Positions 29,699 to 39,654 of a DNA stretch of 64,000 nucleotides are shown here, piece after piece. The notes beneath the pieces are model-generated. The model ran no database searches. It saw only the letters and a list, made by a program, of their open reading frames with translations, and had not been told where the DNA came from. This stretch comes from Candidatus Harrisonbacteria bacterium (GTDB lineage Bacteria > Patescibacteriota > Minisyncoccia > UBA6257 > UBA11618). The stretch covers positions 6,835 to 70,834 of the forward strand of contig VGJO01000002.1 in NCBI GenBank assembly GCA_016867415.1. The letters are read 5' to 3'. The first letter of the stretch is position 1. Each line of letters starts with the position of its first letter. The position numbers were made by a program, and so were the translations under genes.

Positions 29699-29836
29699 TT
29701 CACTTGCTTCTTGCTCTTTCATCTATATCTTTTATTCTTTTTTCTACTGCTGGCATAAATAAACCTGCCGCTTTTAGTTTATTAACTTCCTCCATGCATT
29801 CTACAGGCGCATTATTACAAGCATCTTTTGCCACAT
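29699..29836 (-). pseudogene. AT-rich 3' gene remnant
   Basis: frame NVAKDACNNAPVECMEEV...RARSK* preceded by in-frame stop within a 440-bp low-GC gap. Confidence 0.3.
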
Positions 29837-30092
29837 TTTAAATATTAATTGACTAATATTGAATAAACTTTATTTTCTAGAGATCTATTTTTTTCATCAA
29901 TATAATGCAAATCTCTCTTTTTTAAAAAGAATTTAAGCAAAAATTCTCTTCATTAAAAATAGATTTTTTAGGGGTGTCAATAAGAAATATTTCCAATTCC
30001 TAGCTAAGATATTTTAGGCAACAATAAAATAATTTAAAGAAATTAATACAAAAAACCCAAAAAAGCTTCACCTCCTAAGCATAGCAAAAAAA

Positions 30093-31070
30093 CTACAAAA
30101 GCACCGCTAGCAATTTATCCACTATATATTCCTCTTCCGTAAATACTGTCACGCCGGGAAACATCTTCTTCGCCTCCGCCGCGTTCCTACTCTGATGATC
30201 ATTCGCCGCCTCTGGCAAAGGCACGAGAATCATCGGTTTTTTATACGCCGCGATTTCAAATAAGCTCGATCCCGCCCGAGAGAGGACCACATCCGCCGCC
30301 TGGTACGCCACTCCCATCTCCTCAATAAACTTCATTGGTTTATAAAAATCCGCCTTCATTCTCTTCGCTTCAAGCCAATCAGTCTCACCTACCTGATGCA
30401 AGATCTGCCACCCTTTTTCTCCGAGAGTCATAAGCGCTTGAAAAACCACTTTATTAATCCGAGTTGAAGCCATTGACCCCCCCACCACTACCAATAATTT
30501 CTTTTTTGGATCAAACCCTAGACGTTCTTTGGCCTCTTTTTGCGACAAAGATAATCCGGAAAGCGCCTGCTGTCGGATTGGGTGCTCTACTACCACCACT
30601 TTCTTTGGGTTTGAAAAATATTTTTTTGCATAAGAAAAACTCACCTCAATTCTCGTCGCAAATCGTGCTGATATGCGATTAGTTAGTCCCGGAATAGTAT
30701 CCGATTCATGAATAGTCACAGGTACCTGAAAGAGCCACCCGATGACGACGACCGGTAACGCTCCCGGCCCTCCTTTACTATAAATCTCATCTGGCCACAC
30801 TCGGAAAATCACATAAATCGCCTGTAAAAAACTAAAAAAGAAAAGAAAAAAATCCAGAATATTTTTTAGTGAAAAATACCGTCTGAGCTTCGCCCCGTAC
30901 ACCGTAAAACATATCACTCCTATTTGTTCCAAATAATTCCGATATCGATCATCCGGCCCTGCGTAATAAAACTCCGCCTGTCCATCCATCGCCTCCACCT
31001 TAGCGACTAAAGGAAAAATATGTCCTCCACTCCCCCCACCACACAAAAGAATCCTTCTTGGTTTTTTCAT
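30093..31070 (-). CDS. murG: lipid II GlcNAc transferase MurG
   Basis: GGGSGGHIFP, HESD..PG..NR, GGS, SRAG, HQ..NA. Confidence 0.95.
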   Translation of the reverse strand: MKKPRRILLCGGGSGGHIFPLVAKVEAMDGQAEFYYAGPDDRYRNYLEQIGVICFTVYGAKLRRYFSLKNILDFFLFFFSFLQAIYVIFRVWPDEIYSKGGPGALPVVVIGWLFQVPVTIHESDTIPGLTNRISARFATRIEVSFSYAKKYFSNPKKVVVVEHPIRQQALSGLSLSQKEAKERLGFDPKKKLLVVVGGSMASTRINKVVFQALMTLGEKGWQILHQVGETDWLEAKRMKADFYKPMKFIEEMGVAYQAADVVLSRAGSSLFEIAAYKKPMILVPLPEAANDHQSRNAAEAKKMFPGVTVFTEEEYIVDKLLAVLL

Positions 31071-31072
31071 AG

Positions 31073-32323
31073 TTATTTTTGCAACTGAGAAAGTAAATTT
31101 TCTCTTCCCGAAAGAAGAATTCCTTTATTACCTTCTTTAAATATCTTAGTAAAAACTCTCATCACCTCCTCGTAAGAAAGATGGGAAAGAAAATCAAAGT
31201 ATTTTTCAATTGTATCTATTTCCTCATGGCGAGTCCAAACCCCAAAATAAAAATTAAGAACATTATCCTGCTCAGCATACCAAAGCCTTAGAGAAGCAAT
31301 CATTTGATCTCGAATTTCATTAAAAAATTTTTGAGTGAAAACCTCTGGAAAATGATTAAGGCAATCAAGAAGTTTTTTATTCGCTTCCAAAGGTTTAGTT
31401 GTTTGAAGAGAAATATCCTCAAACAAAAGATTAGGAAAATAAGAAAATTGAGCCGAAACCGAATAAGTAAAAGCATTTTTTACACGCAGTTCTTCATATA
31501 AATAAGAGCTTATTCCATAAGTAAGAAAATGATTGATTAATCCCAAAGCAATCCTCTCCTTCTCTGAAATATCTGCAAACCAAAAACTCAACACTAATCG
31601 ATATGATTCTGAATCCTCAAAAACATAAACATTATTTTCTGTAACAGCTTCTCGAGATAATAAAAATTCCTCTACTTTTTCACTTTCAGTCCAATCAGAA
31701 AAGAATTCCTGCAACAGATCTTTTATTTTTTCTACCTGCAAACCCCCATATATGACAAGCGCCGCATTGTTAGGAACTAAAAATTTTTTCTGATATTGTT
31801 GCAAATCAGAAAGGGTTATTTTTTCCAAAGTTTCTTTATATCCTAATACTCGATGAGCAATTTTATTTCCTGCAAACATCTTCAGATCTGCTTCAAACCA
31901 TAAGCGCCGCATTGGATCAGCCTCCGCCCGAGCAATCTCTTGTAAAACTATCGCTCTTTCTTCCTCTAGATTTTCTTGGGAGAAAAACGGCTTACAAACA
32001 ATCTCATGCAGAATTTCAAATATCTCCCTCGCTTTCTCTTTTGAAAAAGAAAAAATGACTCGTAAACTATATTTCGAGGTCCGAGCATTAGAGTAAGCGC
32101 CCGTCCGATCCTTCACTCGCGCAAAAACAAACTTATCCGGCCACTTTTGCGTCGCCTTTAAGATAAGATGTTCATAGAGGTGCGCCAAGCCATGCAACTC
32201 CTGATTTTCATACAAAGACCCCGCTTCAAATATCAAATCCAAATATATCGCCTCACAGTCATCATCATGAATTGATATGAGACGCAATCCATTCTCCAAA
32301 GTCCCCTGCGTCAGTTTCTTCAT
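31073..32323 (-). CDS. M16 family zinc peptidase
   Basis: LENGL, GLAHLYEH (HxxEH), LYEELR. Confidence 0.9.
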   Translation of the reverse strand: MKKLTQGTLENGLRLISIHDDDCEAIYLDLIFEAGSLYENQELHGLAHLYEHLILKATQKWPDKFVFARVKDRTGAYSNARTSKYSLRVIFSFSKEKAREIFEILHEIVCKPFFSQENLEEERAIVLQEIARAEADPMRRLWFEADLKMFAGNKIAHRVLGYKETLEKITLSDLQQYQKKFLVPNNAALVIYGGLQVEKIKDLLQEFFSDWTESEKVEEFLLSREAVTENNVYVFEDSESYRLVLSFWFADISEKERIALGLINHFLTYGISSYLYEELRVKNAFTYSVSAQFSYFPNLLFEDISLQTTKPLEANKKLLDCLNHFPEVFTQKFFNEIRDQMIASLRLWYAEQDNVLNFYFGVWTRHEEIDTIEKYFDFLSHLSYEEVMRVFTKIFKEGNKGILLSGRENLLSQLQK

Positions 32324-32421
32324 AAGAAAAAGAAATAAGTAACCCTAAGTAAACCACAAAAAACCTCTAAAATCCATGTTTTTCTTTCTTCTCGTCCACT
32401 AAGCAAAACCTTGCGACACAA

Positions 32422-32557
32422 AAGTAATTTCCAAAGATTTTTTTCCAAAGACAAGGAGCGAGTGAGCAATACTCGCGAGGCATACGTAAGAAAGTGTATG
32501 TCGAGTGAGGAAGCGGAGCGAGCAACGCGGTATTTGGGAAGAAAGACCAAAAATTAC
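32422..32557 (+). repeat. dispersed palindromic element, divergent copy E (overlaps ftsW stop)
   Basis: aagtaatttcc..ttccaaa..ggcatac-loop-gtatgtc..aacgcgg..tttggg..ccaaaaattac. Confidence 0.65.
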
Positions 32558-33684
32558 ACTTTACGCATCAAACCCGCAAGAATCCCAGAGATCGTGAGAT
32601 TCACAACTAGCGCCGTTCCCCCATAACTCACAAAAGGAAGTGGCGCCCCCGTAAGCGGTATCACCCCCGAGATCGCCGCAATGTTTACAAATGCCTGAAA
32701 GCCAATGAGCCACCCATACCCCGCAAAAAGCAATCGGAAAAATTGATCCGTCTCCCGATAGGCAAAATAAAAACACATGAGCAAGATAAGCAAGTAGGCA
32801 AAAATAATCACCGCTACTCCAAGAAAACCAAACTCCTCCGCAAGAATTGCAAAGATCGAATCTCCCATCGGTTCCGGTAAATATTTGAGCTTCGTTGTCG
32901 ATTGCCCATATCCCACACCAAAAAATTGTCCGGAAGAAACTGCCTTAATCGTCTGATTAATATGGAAACTTGAAGAGCTCTGATTTTGCGCCGGATTCAA
33001 ATATGTCTCAAATCGCTTCCATTTATAAGGGGTAAGGTATATTGTCCCAGCAAGCACCGTTACTCCCAAACCACCTAAGACAAGAATATATCGCATTTTT
33101 GCTCCAGAAATAAAATACATCAAGAGTGCGGTCGAAAGAAGAATCACTGCCGTCGAAGTCGCCGGCTGCAAAAGAAGCATTCCTCCCACGAAAGACAAGA
33201 TTAAAATAAACGGCACAAATCCCTTAAAAAAATCCTCCTCCCGCTTCCGTAGAGCCGAAGAAAGCCATGCTGCAACATAAAGAACGAGAGAAATCTTCAA
33301 AAGCTCCGAGGGCTGGAAGGAAAAAAATTGCAAATTCACCCACCGCTCTGCTCCGCCTGCATTAATTCCCAGCGGTGTAAAAACTAAAACCAAAAATCCT
33401 ACCGAAAGAAGAAAGATTGGAAATGCCGCTTTCTTAAGCCATTCCCCAGCTAAAAAATACATGAAGAAAAAACCAAATAACCCCATAGGCAGGCCAGACA
33501 AAGCCTGGTGCTTCAAGTAATACCAACTATCATTAAATCTCGCTTCTCCTAAAGATAATGATGCCGAAGAAAGCATTATAAATCCGAAAAAGGTCAGGAG
33601 GAAAATAAGCAAGCCAAAAAAAATCCCCGCGTTGCTGGTATTAATCTTCAAAAAACTTTTCCTCGTCTTCCTAAATCCAAACAT
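32554..33684 (-). CDS. ftsW: SEDS family lipid II polymerase FtsW
   Basis: GAERW, FQPSEL.K, LPE...D, PLTGAPLPFVSYGG. Confidence 0.93.
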   Translation of the reverse strand: MFGFRKTRKSFLKINTSNAGIFFGLLIFLLTFFGFIMLSSASLSLGEARFNDSWYYLKHQALSGLPMGLFGFFFMYFLAGEWLKKAAFPIFLLSVGFLVLVFTPLGINAGGAERWVNLQFFSFQPSELLKISLVLYVAAWLSSALRKREEDFFKGFVPFILILSFVGGMLLLQPATSTAVILLSTALLMYFISGAKMRYILVLGGLGVTVLAGTIYLTPYKWKRFETYLNPAQNQSSSSFHINQTIKAVSSGQFFGVGYGQSTTKLKYLPEPMGDSIFAILAEEFGFLGVAVIIFAYLLILLMCFYFAYRETDQFFRLLFAGYGWLIGFQAFVNIAAISGVIPLTGAPLPFVSYGGTALVVNLTISGILAGLMRKV

Positions 33685-33779
33685 CTCTCGTAATTATACT
33701 CATAAAAATTTTACCAGTGTAGAAAAATATAACCACCAAGACTCGTAGCGAAGCGAAGACCGCGTGAGCGTACTCACTT

Positions 33780-35237
33780 TTACGCGGCCTTCCTAATTAA
33801 AACCCTCCCCCTATTCCCTTTTGCCTCCCGCGCCATCTTTCCATCATACATCTCCTCTCCATTCACCCACACCCGCTCTACCCGTTCTTGATTATACAGC
33901 ACTAAATCCGCATATTTCCCCTCGGCGATCTCCCCCCGCTCTTTGATCTTCAGCCGATCTGCCACCTCTCCAGTAATCTTGCTCACTGCCTTGGAAAAAG
34001 ATTCTGGCTCCTTGCTCGCCTCTTGAAGATATGAAAGAAAGCCTGTCTCCAGAGAAAAAAGTCTAGGGTCAGAAGAAACCGGAATCACCTTTTCCTCTCC
34101 TAAAAATTCTTGCAAGGTCTTCATATCAATGCCTTCTTCCATCACAAAAGCTCTGAGGCCCGCTATTTCCATAATCGATAAAAGTTCCGCCTTGCTCTTA
34201 ATCAATCGAGGCTTAAGATAGGGCAAATGGGGCGTAAACGCCAAAAATAATTTCCTCTTTTTATTCCACTCAATCTCTTTTTCTATAAGCCGTCTCGATT
34301 GTTTCTCTTGGAAGGCCTGACGCATCTCCTCGACCGTCCCCCGCCTCGCCCACAAAGGTAATAAATAATAAAGAGGAAAAAGCAAGTATCGGCTAAGCAT
34401 AAGCTCCACGTACACTTCCATATAATCAGTACTCTTATGAAGAAGTTTTATAACTTCCTGGTTTTCCCGATTATCTCCTAGCTTCGGTTCAAAGTTGCGC
34501 AAAATCATTCTTCCTCCTGCTTGAAAATATGCCTTTAGTGCAAGCGAGGTCTCTTCATAAAGAGTCCTTTCTTGTCGTCGCAAAGTCACTGATAAAAGAC
34601 CTTTCTCCTCCTGAGTAATTCGTAGCCAATCCGCAATCGCATTTTCATTAAAAATTCCACCTTGAGTTCCTTCCCGAGACAAAGATAGACCAAAAGCCCC
34701 ATCCCTTAAAGCCTGTCTCGCCGTCTCCTCAAACACCTTTTTCTCTTTCTCCGTAAGATCAAGCTTCACTTTGGGAAAAAGCCCCCGATAAAGACCATTC
34801 AACCCCGCAAAACTTCCCACATTTATGGGTAATGACAGCTTCGACAAAGTCTTCAAAAAATCCTGGAAAGAAAACCAATCAACGTTCACTCCCCTTGCAT
34901 GCGTATGTTTATGAAATACCGAAAAATCTCCTCCCGGCAAAGGCGCAAGCGAATATCCATCCTGACCAAGAATTACACTTGTCACCCCCTGCCTTAGATA
35001 ACCCGAAAAGTCCGTCGATGAAATAGGCAAGAGCGTCCGATCCGCCAAAGCGCCCGCGTCAATAATCCCAGGCAATAAATACGCCCCCCGTCCCTCAACT
35101 ACCTGACTCGCTTTTTTGTGGGGGAATTTTCCAATCGCCACCACTCGATCGCGATTCACCAAGACATCCGCCTCCTTCACCTGCCCCCCTCTCCCATCCA
35201 CCACTCTCACCCCTTTTATAAGCAGCATATTCCTCAT
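33780..35237 (-). CDS. D-aminoacylase-like amidohydrolase fold protein lacking metal-binding HxH
   Basis: LIKGVRVVDG, PGIID(AGA), QGVT...GQDG, ERGEIAEGKYADLV. Confidence 0.75.
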   Translation of the reverse strand: MRNMLLIKGVRVVDGRGGQVKEADVLVNRDRVVAIGKFPHKKASQVVEGRGAYLLPGIIDAGALADRTLLPISSTDFSGYLRQGVTSVILGQDGYSLAPLPGGDFSVFHKHTHARGVNVDWFSFQDFLKTLSKLSLPINVGSFAGLNGLYRGLFPKVKLDLTEKEKKVFEETARQALRDGAFGLSLSREGTQGGIFNENAIADWLRITQEEKGLLSVTLRRQERTLYEETSLALKAYFQAGGRMILRNFEPKLGDNRENQEVIKLLHKSTDYMEVYVELMLSRYLLFPLYYLLPLWARRGTVEEMRQAFQEKQSRRLIEKEIEWNKKRKLFLAFTPHLPYLKPRLIKSKAELLSIMEIAGLRAFVMEEGIDMKTLQEFLGEEKVIPVSSDPRLFSLETGFLSYLQEASKEPESFSKAVSKITGEVADRLKIKERGEIAEGKYADLVLYNQERVERVWVNGEEMYDGKMAREAKGNRGRVLIRKAA

Positions 35238-35407
35238 TATACCACTTCACCCCTCTTATCCCTTAATAGCAAAAAATAAATTGTGCAGCATTCTTATTAG
35301 TCTGGATGCATTCCGCCGACTTTCCAAATTTTCGCGGGAAAATTTTTTTGATTTTTCCTGTCTGGTGTATTTATACAACCATCACAAAACTTTTCGGCTT
35401 TTTGATA

Positions 35408-35483
35408 TGGTGCGCCCCGCAGGACTCGAACCTGCAACCCCTTGGTTCGAAGCCAAGTACTCTATCCTTTGAGCTAGGGGCGC
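35408..35483 (-). tRNA. tRNA-Arg(UCG), CCA encoded
   Basis: GCGCCCC acceptor, CTTGG-CT-TCG-AA-CCAAG anticodon arm, GGTTCGAGTCC. Confidence 0.95.
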
Positions 35484-35558
35484 TATTTTATCAATATAAT
35501 ACAGTAAATTACCCCTTTAAGCAAAGACATTTTCAATCGCCGAAGGCTAAAAAGTGGA

Positions 35559-35678
35559 GCGCAGGATTTTTAAGAAGAGTTTAGATTTTCTCTCTGAGTA
35601 TGGGACGGAGCATTCTGCGGGAAGTATGTGAGTACTAAACGGAAGAAAAAAATTCAAAATCTTCCAAAAATACCAGCG
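35559..35678 (+). repeat. dispersed palindromic element, copy F
   Basis: gcgcaggattttt..ggagcattc-loop-gtatgtgag..gaaaaaaattcaaaatcttccaaaaatac. Confidence 0.75.
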
Positions 35679-35685
35679 ATAAAGG

Positions 35686-36738
35686 TTATAAAAGCCTATC
35701 TATGAAAAATATAATGAGACCTAATATGGTCATGATGGCCGATACTATCCAAAACCTCATCGTAATCTGACTCTCCTCCCAACCCAACGCCTCAAAGTGA
35801 TGATGGATCGGAGATGAATGAAAAATCTTTTTTCCTCCTCGTAATTTCTTGGAAGTCAATTGAATAATCACCGATATCGTCTCCATCATCGGAATAAAAG
35901 CAAAAAATGGCAGAAGCAATACGGTATTTGTTAAAAGCGCGATCGTCCCCAGTGTGATCCCGAGCGCCATCGAGCCCGTATCCCCCATGAAAAACTTTGC
36001 TGGGTGCACATTAAACCACAGAAAAGCGAGTAGTGCTCCCACAACCGCTCCGGAGAATACTGCCAAGTCATACCGCCCGAGCAAAAATGCCACCGCCGTG
36101 AGCGCAAAGAAAGCAAACATTAAGACACCGCCCGCTAAGCCATCAAGTCCATCGGTAATATTTGTCGAGTGAGCCGTCGCCGAAATGATAAGCATGAAAA
36201 AAGGAATATACCACCACCCAATATCATAATTTCCAAAAAAGGGAATATGAATGACATGCCACTCGAGCCGATGGTAAAACCAATACGCCCCGATCCCTGA
36301 AATCAAAAGATAAAGAAAAAGCTTATACTGCACCGACAGCCCTCCCCCAAAAGGCCCAATCTTCCTCACTCCCATATAGTCATCCAAAAGCCCCACAAGA
36401 GCCGCCGCTGCAAGTGTCCCAAGAGGCAAATATGTCTCCGCCCTATTTAAAAACGAAAGATACGAAAACCATCCGGGAAATACATCTGCAATCAGAAAAA
36501 AAATAATTGCAAGCGCCAAGACCGAAAACCAAATCACTATTCCTCCTCCCGTTGGTGTTCCTTCTTTCTCTTTATGAAGCTTGGAAAAGACCGGCGCTGA
36601 GGACGACAGCCGGATCTGTTTCCGAAACCCATTTTGAATCAAAAAACCATAAACAAATGGTGTGAGTAAAAATGCTGACAAAAAACCAGAAAACGAGACC
36701 AAGAGCACTCGCACTAATTGTAGAATTTGGAAATCCAT
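35686..36738 (-). CDS. mraY: phospho-MurNAc-pentapeptide transferase
   Basis: KEGTPTGGG, DD, NITDGLDGL, FMGDTGS, PIHHHFE. Confidence 0.98.
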   Translation of the reverse strand: MDFQILQLVRVLLVSFSGFLSAFLLTPFVYGFLIQNGFRKQIRLSSSAPVFSKLHKEKEGTPTGGGIVIWFSVLALAIIFFLIADVFPGWFSYLSFLNRAETYLPLGTLAAAALVGLLDDYMGVRKIGPFGGGLSVQYKLFLYLLISGIGAYWFYHRLEWHVIHIPFFGNYDIGWWYIPFFMLIISATAHSTNITDGLDGLAGGVLMFAFFALTAVAFLLGRYDLAVFSGAVVGALLAFLWFNVHPAKFFMGDTGSMALGITLGTIALLTNTVLLLPFFAFIPMMETISVIIQLTSKKLRGGKKIFHSSPIHHHFEALGWEESQITMRFWIVSAIMTILGLIIFFIDRLL

Positions 36739-37517
36739 TCAAATAAAATATTAGTTTGATAAAAACGCGCCGCCTTGCTCTCCGTCCCCAGGACAATAAT
36801 CAAGATCGGCTGACCATGATATTCAAAAAGAGACAAAAGATTTCCGCTCGCTTCATTGGTATACCCTGTCTTACCGCCTAAAAAGTCTTTTCTTCCGACA
36901 AAATCATTATTACTTTCTATTATCTTATCATCAATCACTACATTTGTCTCGCGACTAAGTTGGAATATCTTGGGGTGTTTTTGGAGCGTATAGTGCGCAA
37001 GCCGTACAAGATCATTGATAGTCGATTGATTGTTTGGGGAAAGCCCGGACACATCGTCAATACTCGTGTTCTTCATCTGAAGCTTCAAAGTTTTCCTCCG
37101 CATCAATGAAAGGAATTCCTCTTTTCCATACAGAGATGCAAGCTTCTCCGCCGCTTCGTTTGACGACACAACCATCATTTGCTTTACCAAAAGATCTCGC
37201 TCCTCCGATGAAGGCAAATGTTCAAAAGCGACAATAGCCGTGAGAATCTTAGTAAGCGAGGCAAGAGGCCACGCTTTTTTTGGCTGCACCTCAAGGTAGG
37301 TATAATCTGTCTGAAGATTAATGACTACCGCTGACTGTAAGGCAAGATGATCTGGTGGCGCCGGATACTGCTTGATAAGCTCGTTAGTTGCGATAGTAGA
37401 AAAGAATTGGAAAGATTTTTCTTTTTGTAATAAATCTTCTTTCTCCGAAAAGAGCCAAAAATAACCGCCCACAAAAAAAGCCGCCAAAAGCAAAAATTCT
37501 CTATTTCTACTCTTCAT
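36714..37517 (-). CDS. S11 family D-Ala-D-Ala carboxypeptidase
   Basis: ASLTK (SxxK), SSN (SxN), KTG; likely start MKSRN 37517. Confidence 0.9.
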   Translation of the reverse strand: MKSRNREFLLLAAFFVGGYFWLFSEKEDLLQKEKSFQFFSTIATNELIKQYPAPPDHLALQSAVVINLQTDYTYLEVQPKKAWPLASLTKILTAIVAFEHLPSSEERDLLVKQMMVVSSNEAAEKLASLYGKEEFLSLMRRKTLKLQMKNTSIDDVSGLSPNNQSTINDLVRLAHYTLQKHPKIFQLSRETNVVIDDKIIESNNDFVGRKDFLGGKTGYTNEASGNLLSLFEYHGQPILIIVLGTESKAARFYQTNILFEWISKFYN

Positions 37518-38049
37518 TCTGGAGAGTAATTTTGGTAGCCAATTTCTTATATTCCTCATATTTCGGCAACGCTGAGACATTTGAGATTCCGAGCTGTCTC
37601 AATGCCGCGGACGTCAGTTGATACAAATCACTCTTTTCTCCACTAAGTAATATTTCAATCAATCCTCGCCGCAAAAGCGTCCGCACCGACTGCGCCGATG
37701 CCACTCCACGGATAATCTCAATAGCCGAAAGAGTAATTGGCTGATTGTAGGCAATTATCGTCATTATCTCAATCTGAGTCGGCGTAAGTTCCCCTTTGGT
37801 TTCCTCCCGCAAAAATTCCGCCATCCAATCTGCGGTCTCTGGAGCTGTTGTAAGCGCCACTCTATCGCCCTGCCTCTGAAGAGAAAGCCCGCTTTTCCTC
37901 TCCGTTAATTTTTGCTGCAACTCCTCAAGTCCCTTGTCCACTTCTTCCTCACTGATCTGGAGCGCCTTCGCAAGTTCTTTTATGCTCACTTCCTCTCCCC
38001 GAAAAAAAAGGTATGCTTCTAATTTTTGTTCCACTCCTAATTCCTGCAT
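37507..38049 (-). CDS. scpB: SMC-associated protein ScpB
   Basis: LEAYLF, IIAYNQPIT..IEIIRGV; next to scpA. Confidence 0.93.
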   Translation of the reverse strand: MQELGVEQKLEAYLFFRGEEVSIKELAKALQISEEEVDKGLEELQQKLTERKSGLSLQRQGDRVALTTAPETADWMAEFLREETKGELTPTQIEIMTIIAYNQPITLSAIEIIRGVASAQSVRTLLRRGLIEILLSGEKSDLYQLTSAALRQLGISNVSALPKYEEYKKLATKITLQNEE

Positions 38050-38077
38050 TACATTATGAAAAGTAATCTAAAGTATA

Positions 38078-38761
38078 TTATGCAAGACGCTCGACAACAA
38101 TCTGTGAAAAACTTTCTTTCTGCATAAGTCTCGCCTGCCCCTCATTTTGCAAAAGTAAACACGCCATAAAAGTCGCCACTTTTTCCGCTCGACTAACCTC
38201 TAAAATAAGCTCATCAAACCGCACCTTTGCCTCAAGAGAGAGCCGATCCCGCACCTTCCCGATAAAAAGTTCCAAAGGCACCACCTCTTCTTGCATCACT
38301 TCCCGTACTCGCGCCTCAGGCCGCTCCCGGAGCAAAATATCTTGCATTGCAATGTGAAGATTATCTACTACAAGATTTTTTGCAATATACTCGCCTTCAT
38401 TTTTCTTAATTTTTATTTCCCCCTCTCCCCGCAAAAAAAGCCAACACTTGCTCTCCCATCTCCCCTGAAAAATTTTCAAAAAAACTTTGAGCTCTTTATA
38501 CCGTCTCACTCGCTCTTCAAACTGCTTCACCTCTCGTTCTTCTTCCTCTTCGTGATCGCTCGGCACATGCAAAAGCACCCGCGACTTGATAAGCAGGAGT
38601 CGCGCCGCCACCTCGAGAAAATCCGCAATCTCTCCTGGTGCAAGGGAGCTCCGCCTTGCCTCTACATACGAGAGAAAATCATCAGTAATAAGCGCCAAGC
38701 TAAAAAGACTCACATCCATCCGCCTCCCCTCTACAAGCTCCAAAATCTTCTCATATGGCAT
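38078..38761 (-). CDS. scpA: kleisin ScpA
   Basis: ITDDFLSY, FLEVAARLLLIKSRVLL, TFMACL. Confidence 0.9.
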   Translation of the reverse strand: MPYEKILELVEGRRMDVSLFSLALITDDFLSYVEARRSSLAPGEIADFLEVAARLLLIKSRVLLHVPSDHEEEEEREVKQFEERVRRYKELKVFLKIFQGRWESKCWLFLRGEGEIKIKKNEGEYIAKNLVVDNLHIAMQDILLRERPEARVREVMQEEVVPLELFIGKVRDRLSLEAKVRFDELILEVSRAEKVATFMACLLLQNEGQARLMQKESFSQIVVERLA

Positions 38762-38768
38762 ATATATT

Positions 38769-38797
38769 TGTCATTCCAGACAACAATCTGAAATCTA
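38769..38797. repeat. GTCATTCC-type REP-like half element
   Basis: tgtcattccagacaacaatctgaaatcta; relatives at 54940, 57157, 60618. Confidence 0.5.
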
Positions 38798-38879
38798 TTT
38801 AAAATAAGTATACCAAAGAAGCTCCGTAGCGCAGACTTTTTCTAATAATTTGATATAAATTGCATTATATTTCCATATA

Positions 38880-38908
38880 TTGACAAATCTTAATTTATTT
38901 GCTATAAT
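38880..38908 (+). promoter_or_regulatory. perfect sigma70 promoter
   Basis: TTGACA-N17-TATAAT with extended -10 TG. Confidence 0.85.
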
Positions 38909-38978
38909 ATAATAACAAACGATTGAGAAGAAATTTTCTCTCTCAATTCCCCAAAAGCCCTTTGAAAGCGAGGAAAAC

Positions 38979-39185
38979 ATGATTTCGTTTCTGGCCATTG
39001 TTAATGTTGTTTTTTTTCTGGGGTTAATCTCTCAGATCGGTCGAGTGACGACCATGGAAAAATACCTCGACCGCCTCTTCGAGATCTTGGTAAATCTCGA
39101 AAATCGAGCTTCCAAGCTTGAGGACGAAGAAGCCTCCGCTCTCGAATTCGAAGCGACAAACCTCGAAGTCAGCTTCGGTGACTGA
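38979..39185 (+). CDS. small orphan membrane protein
   Basis: own promoter, GAGGA SD, terminator; one TM. Confidence 0.65.
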   Translation: MISFLAIVNVVFFLGLISQIGRVTTMEKYLDRLFEILVNLENRASKLEDEEASALEFEATNLEVSFGD

Positions 39186-39233
39186 GAGGAAATAACTTAG
39201 ATTACCTCACAGAGCCCCGCTCTCCAGCGAAAG

Positions 39234-39264
39234 CCCCCGAGTAAAAATACTCGGGGATTTTTTT
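39234..39264 (+). terminator. intrinsic terminator
   Basis: ccccgagta-aaaa-tactcgggg-attttttt. Confidence 0.8.
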
Positions 39265-39417
39265 ACCCAAAATTTCAAACCTACTTTTTCTTCTATAAAA
39301 AGGCCCAAGCGAAGCGTTGGGCTACCAAAGGGGTGAGTCTCTGTTTAAAAAACAGAGAATAGAAATATCGATTGTACTCAATCAATATTTGTATAAAAAG
39401 ATTAAAAATCTTTTATT

Positions 39418-39579
39418 CACCCCTCCCTCTTTTGTGACCTTCTGCAGAAAAGAAGCGCGGCTTTTTTATAGCCTTATTTTTTCTTCTTACTCCCCAAAAA
39501 TAAGGCTATAAAAAATTCTTTTCGAAGCCTGAATGAAAACTCGCAGGAGCTTTCAAGTGTCACAAAAGAGGGAGGGGTG
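39418..39579. repeat. nested perfect inverted repeats (21 bp outer, 20 bp inner), MITE-like
   Basis: cacccctccctcttttgtgac / gtcacaaaagagggaggggtg; ttttttatagccttattttt / aaaaataaggctataaaaaa. Confidence 0.8.
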
Positions 39580-39654
39580 GTTTCAACCAGCTAAACAATC
39601 AAGTTAAAAAACGGTTTTCCTAATCCCTCCTAATATAGTATCCTTTCCTCACTT

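Noticed and set aside
32320-32626. Short ORFs in the M16-ftsW gap
   Set aside because: They run through repeat copy E; no coding evidence.
39265-39654. SRP RNA upstream of dnaX
   Set aside because: No helix-8 CAGG..GNRA..AGCA motif found on either strand.
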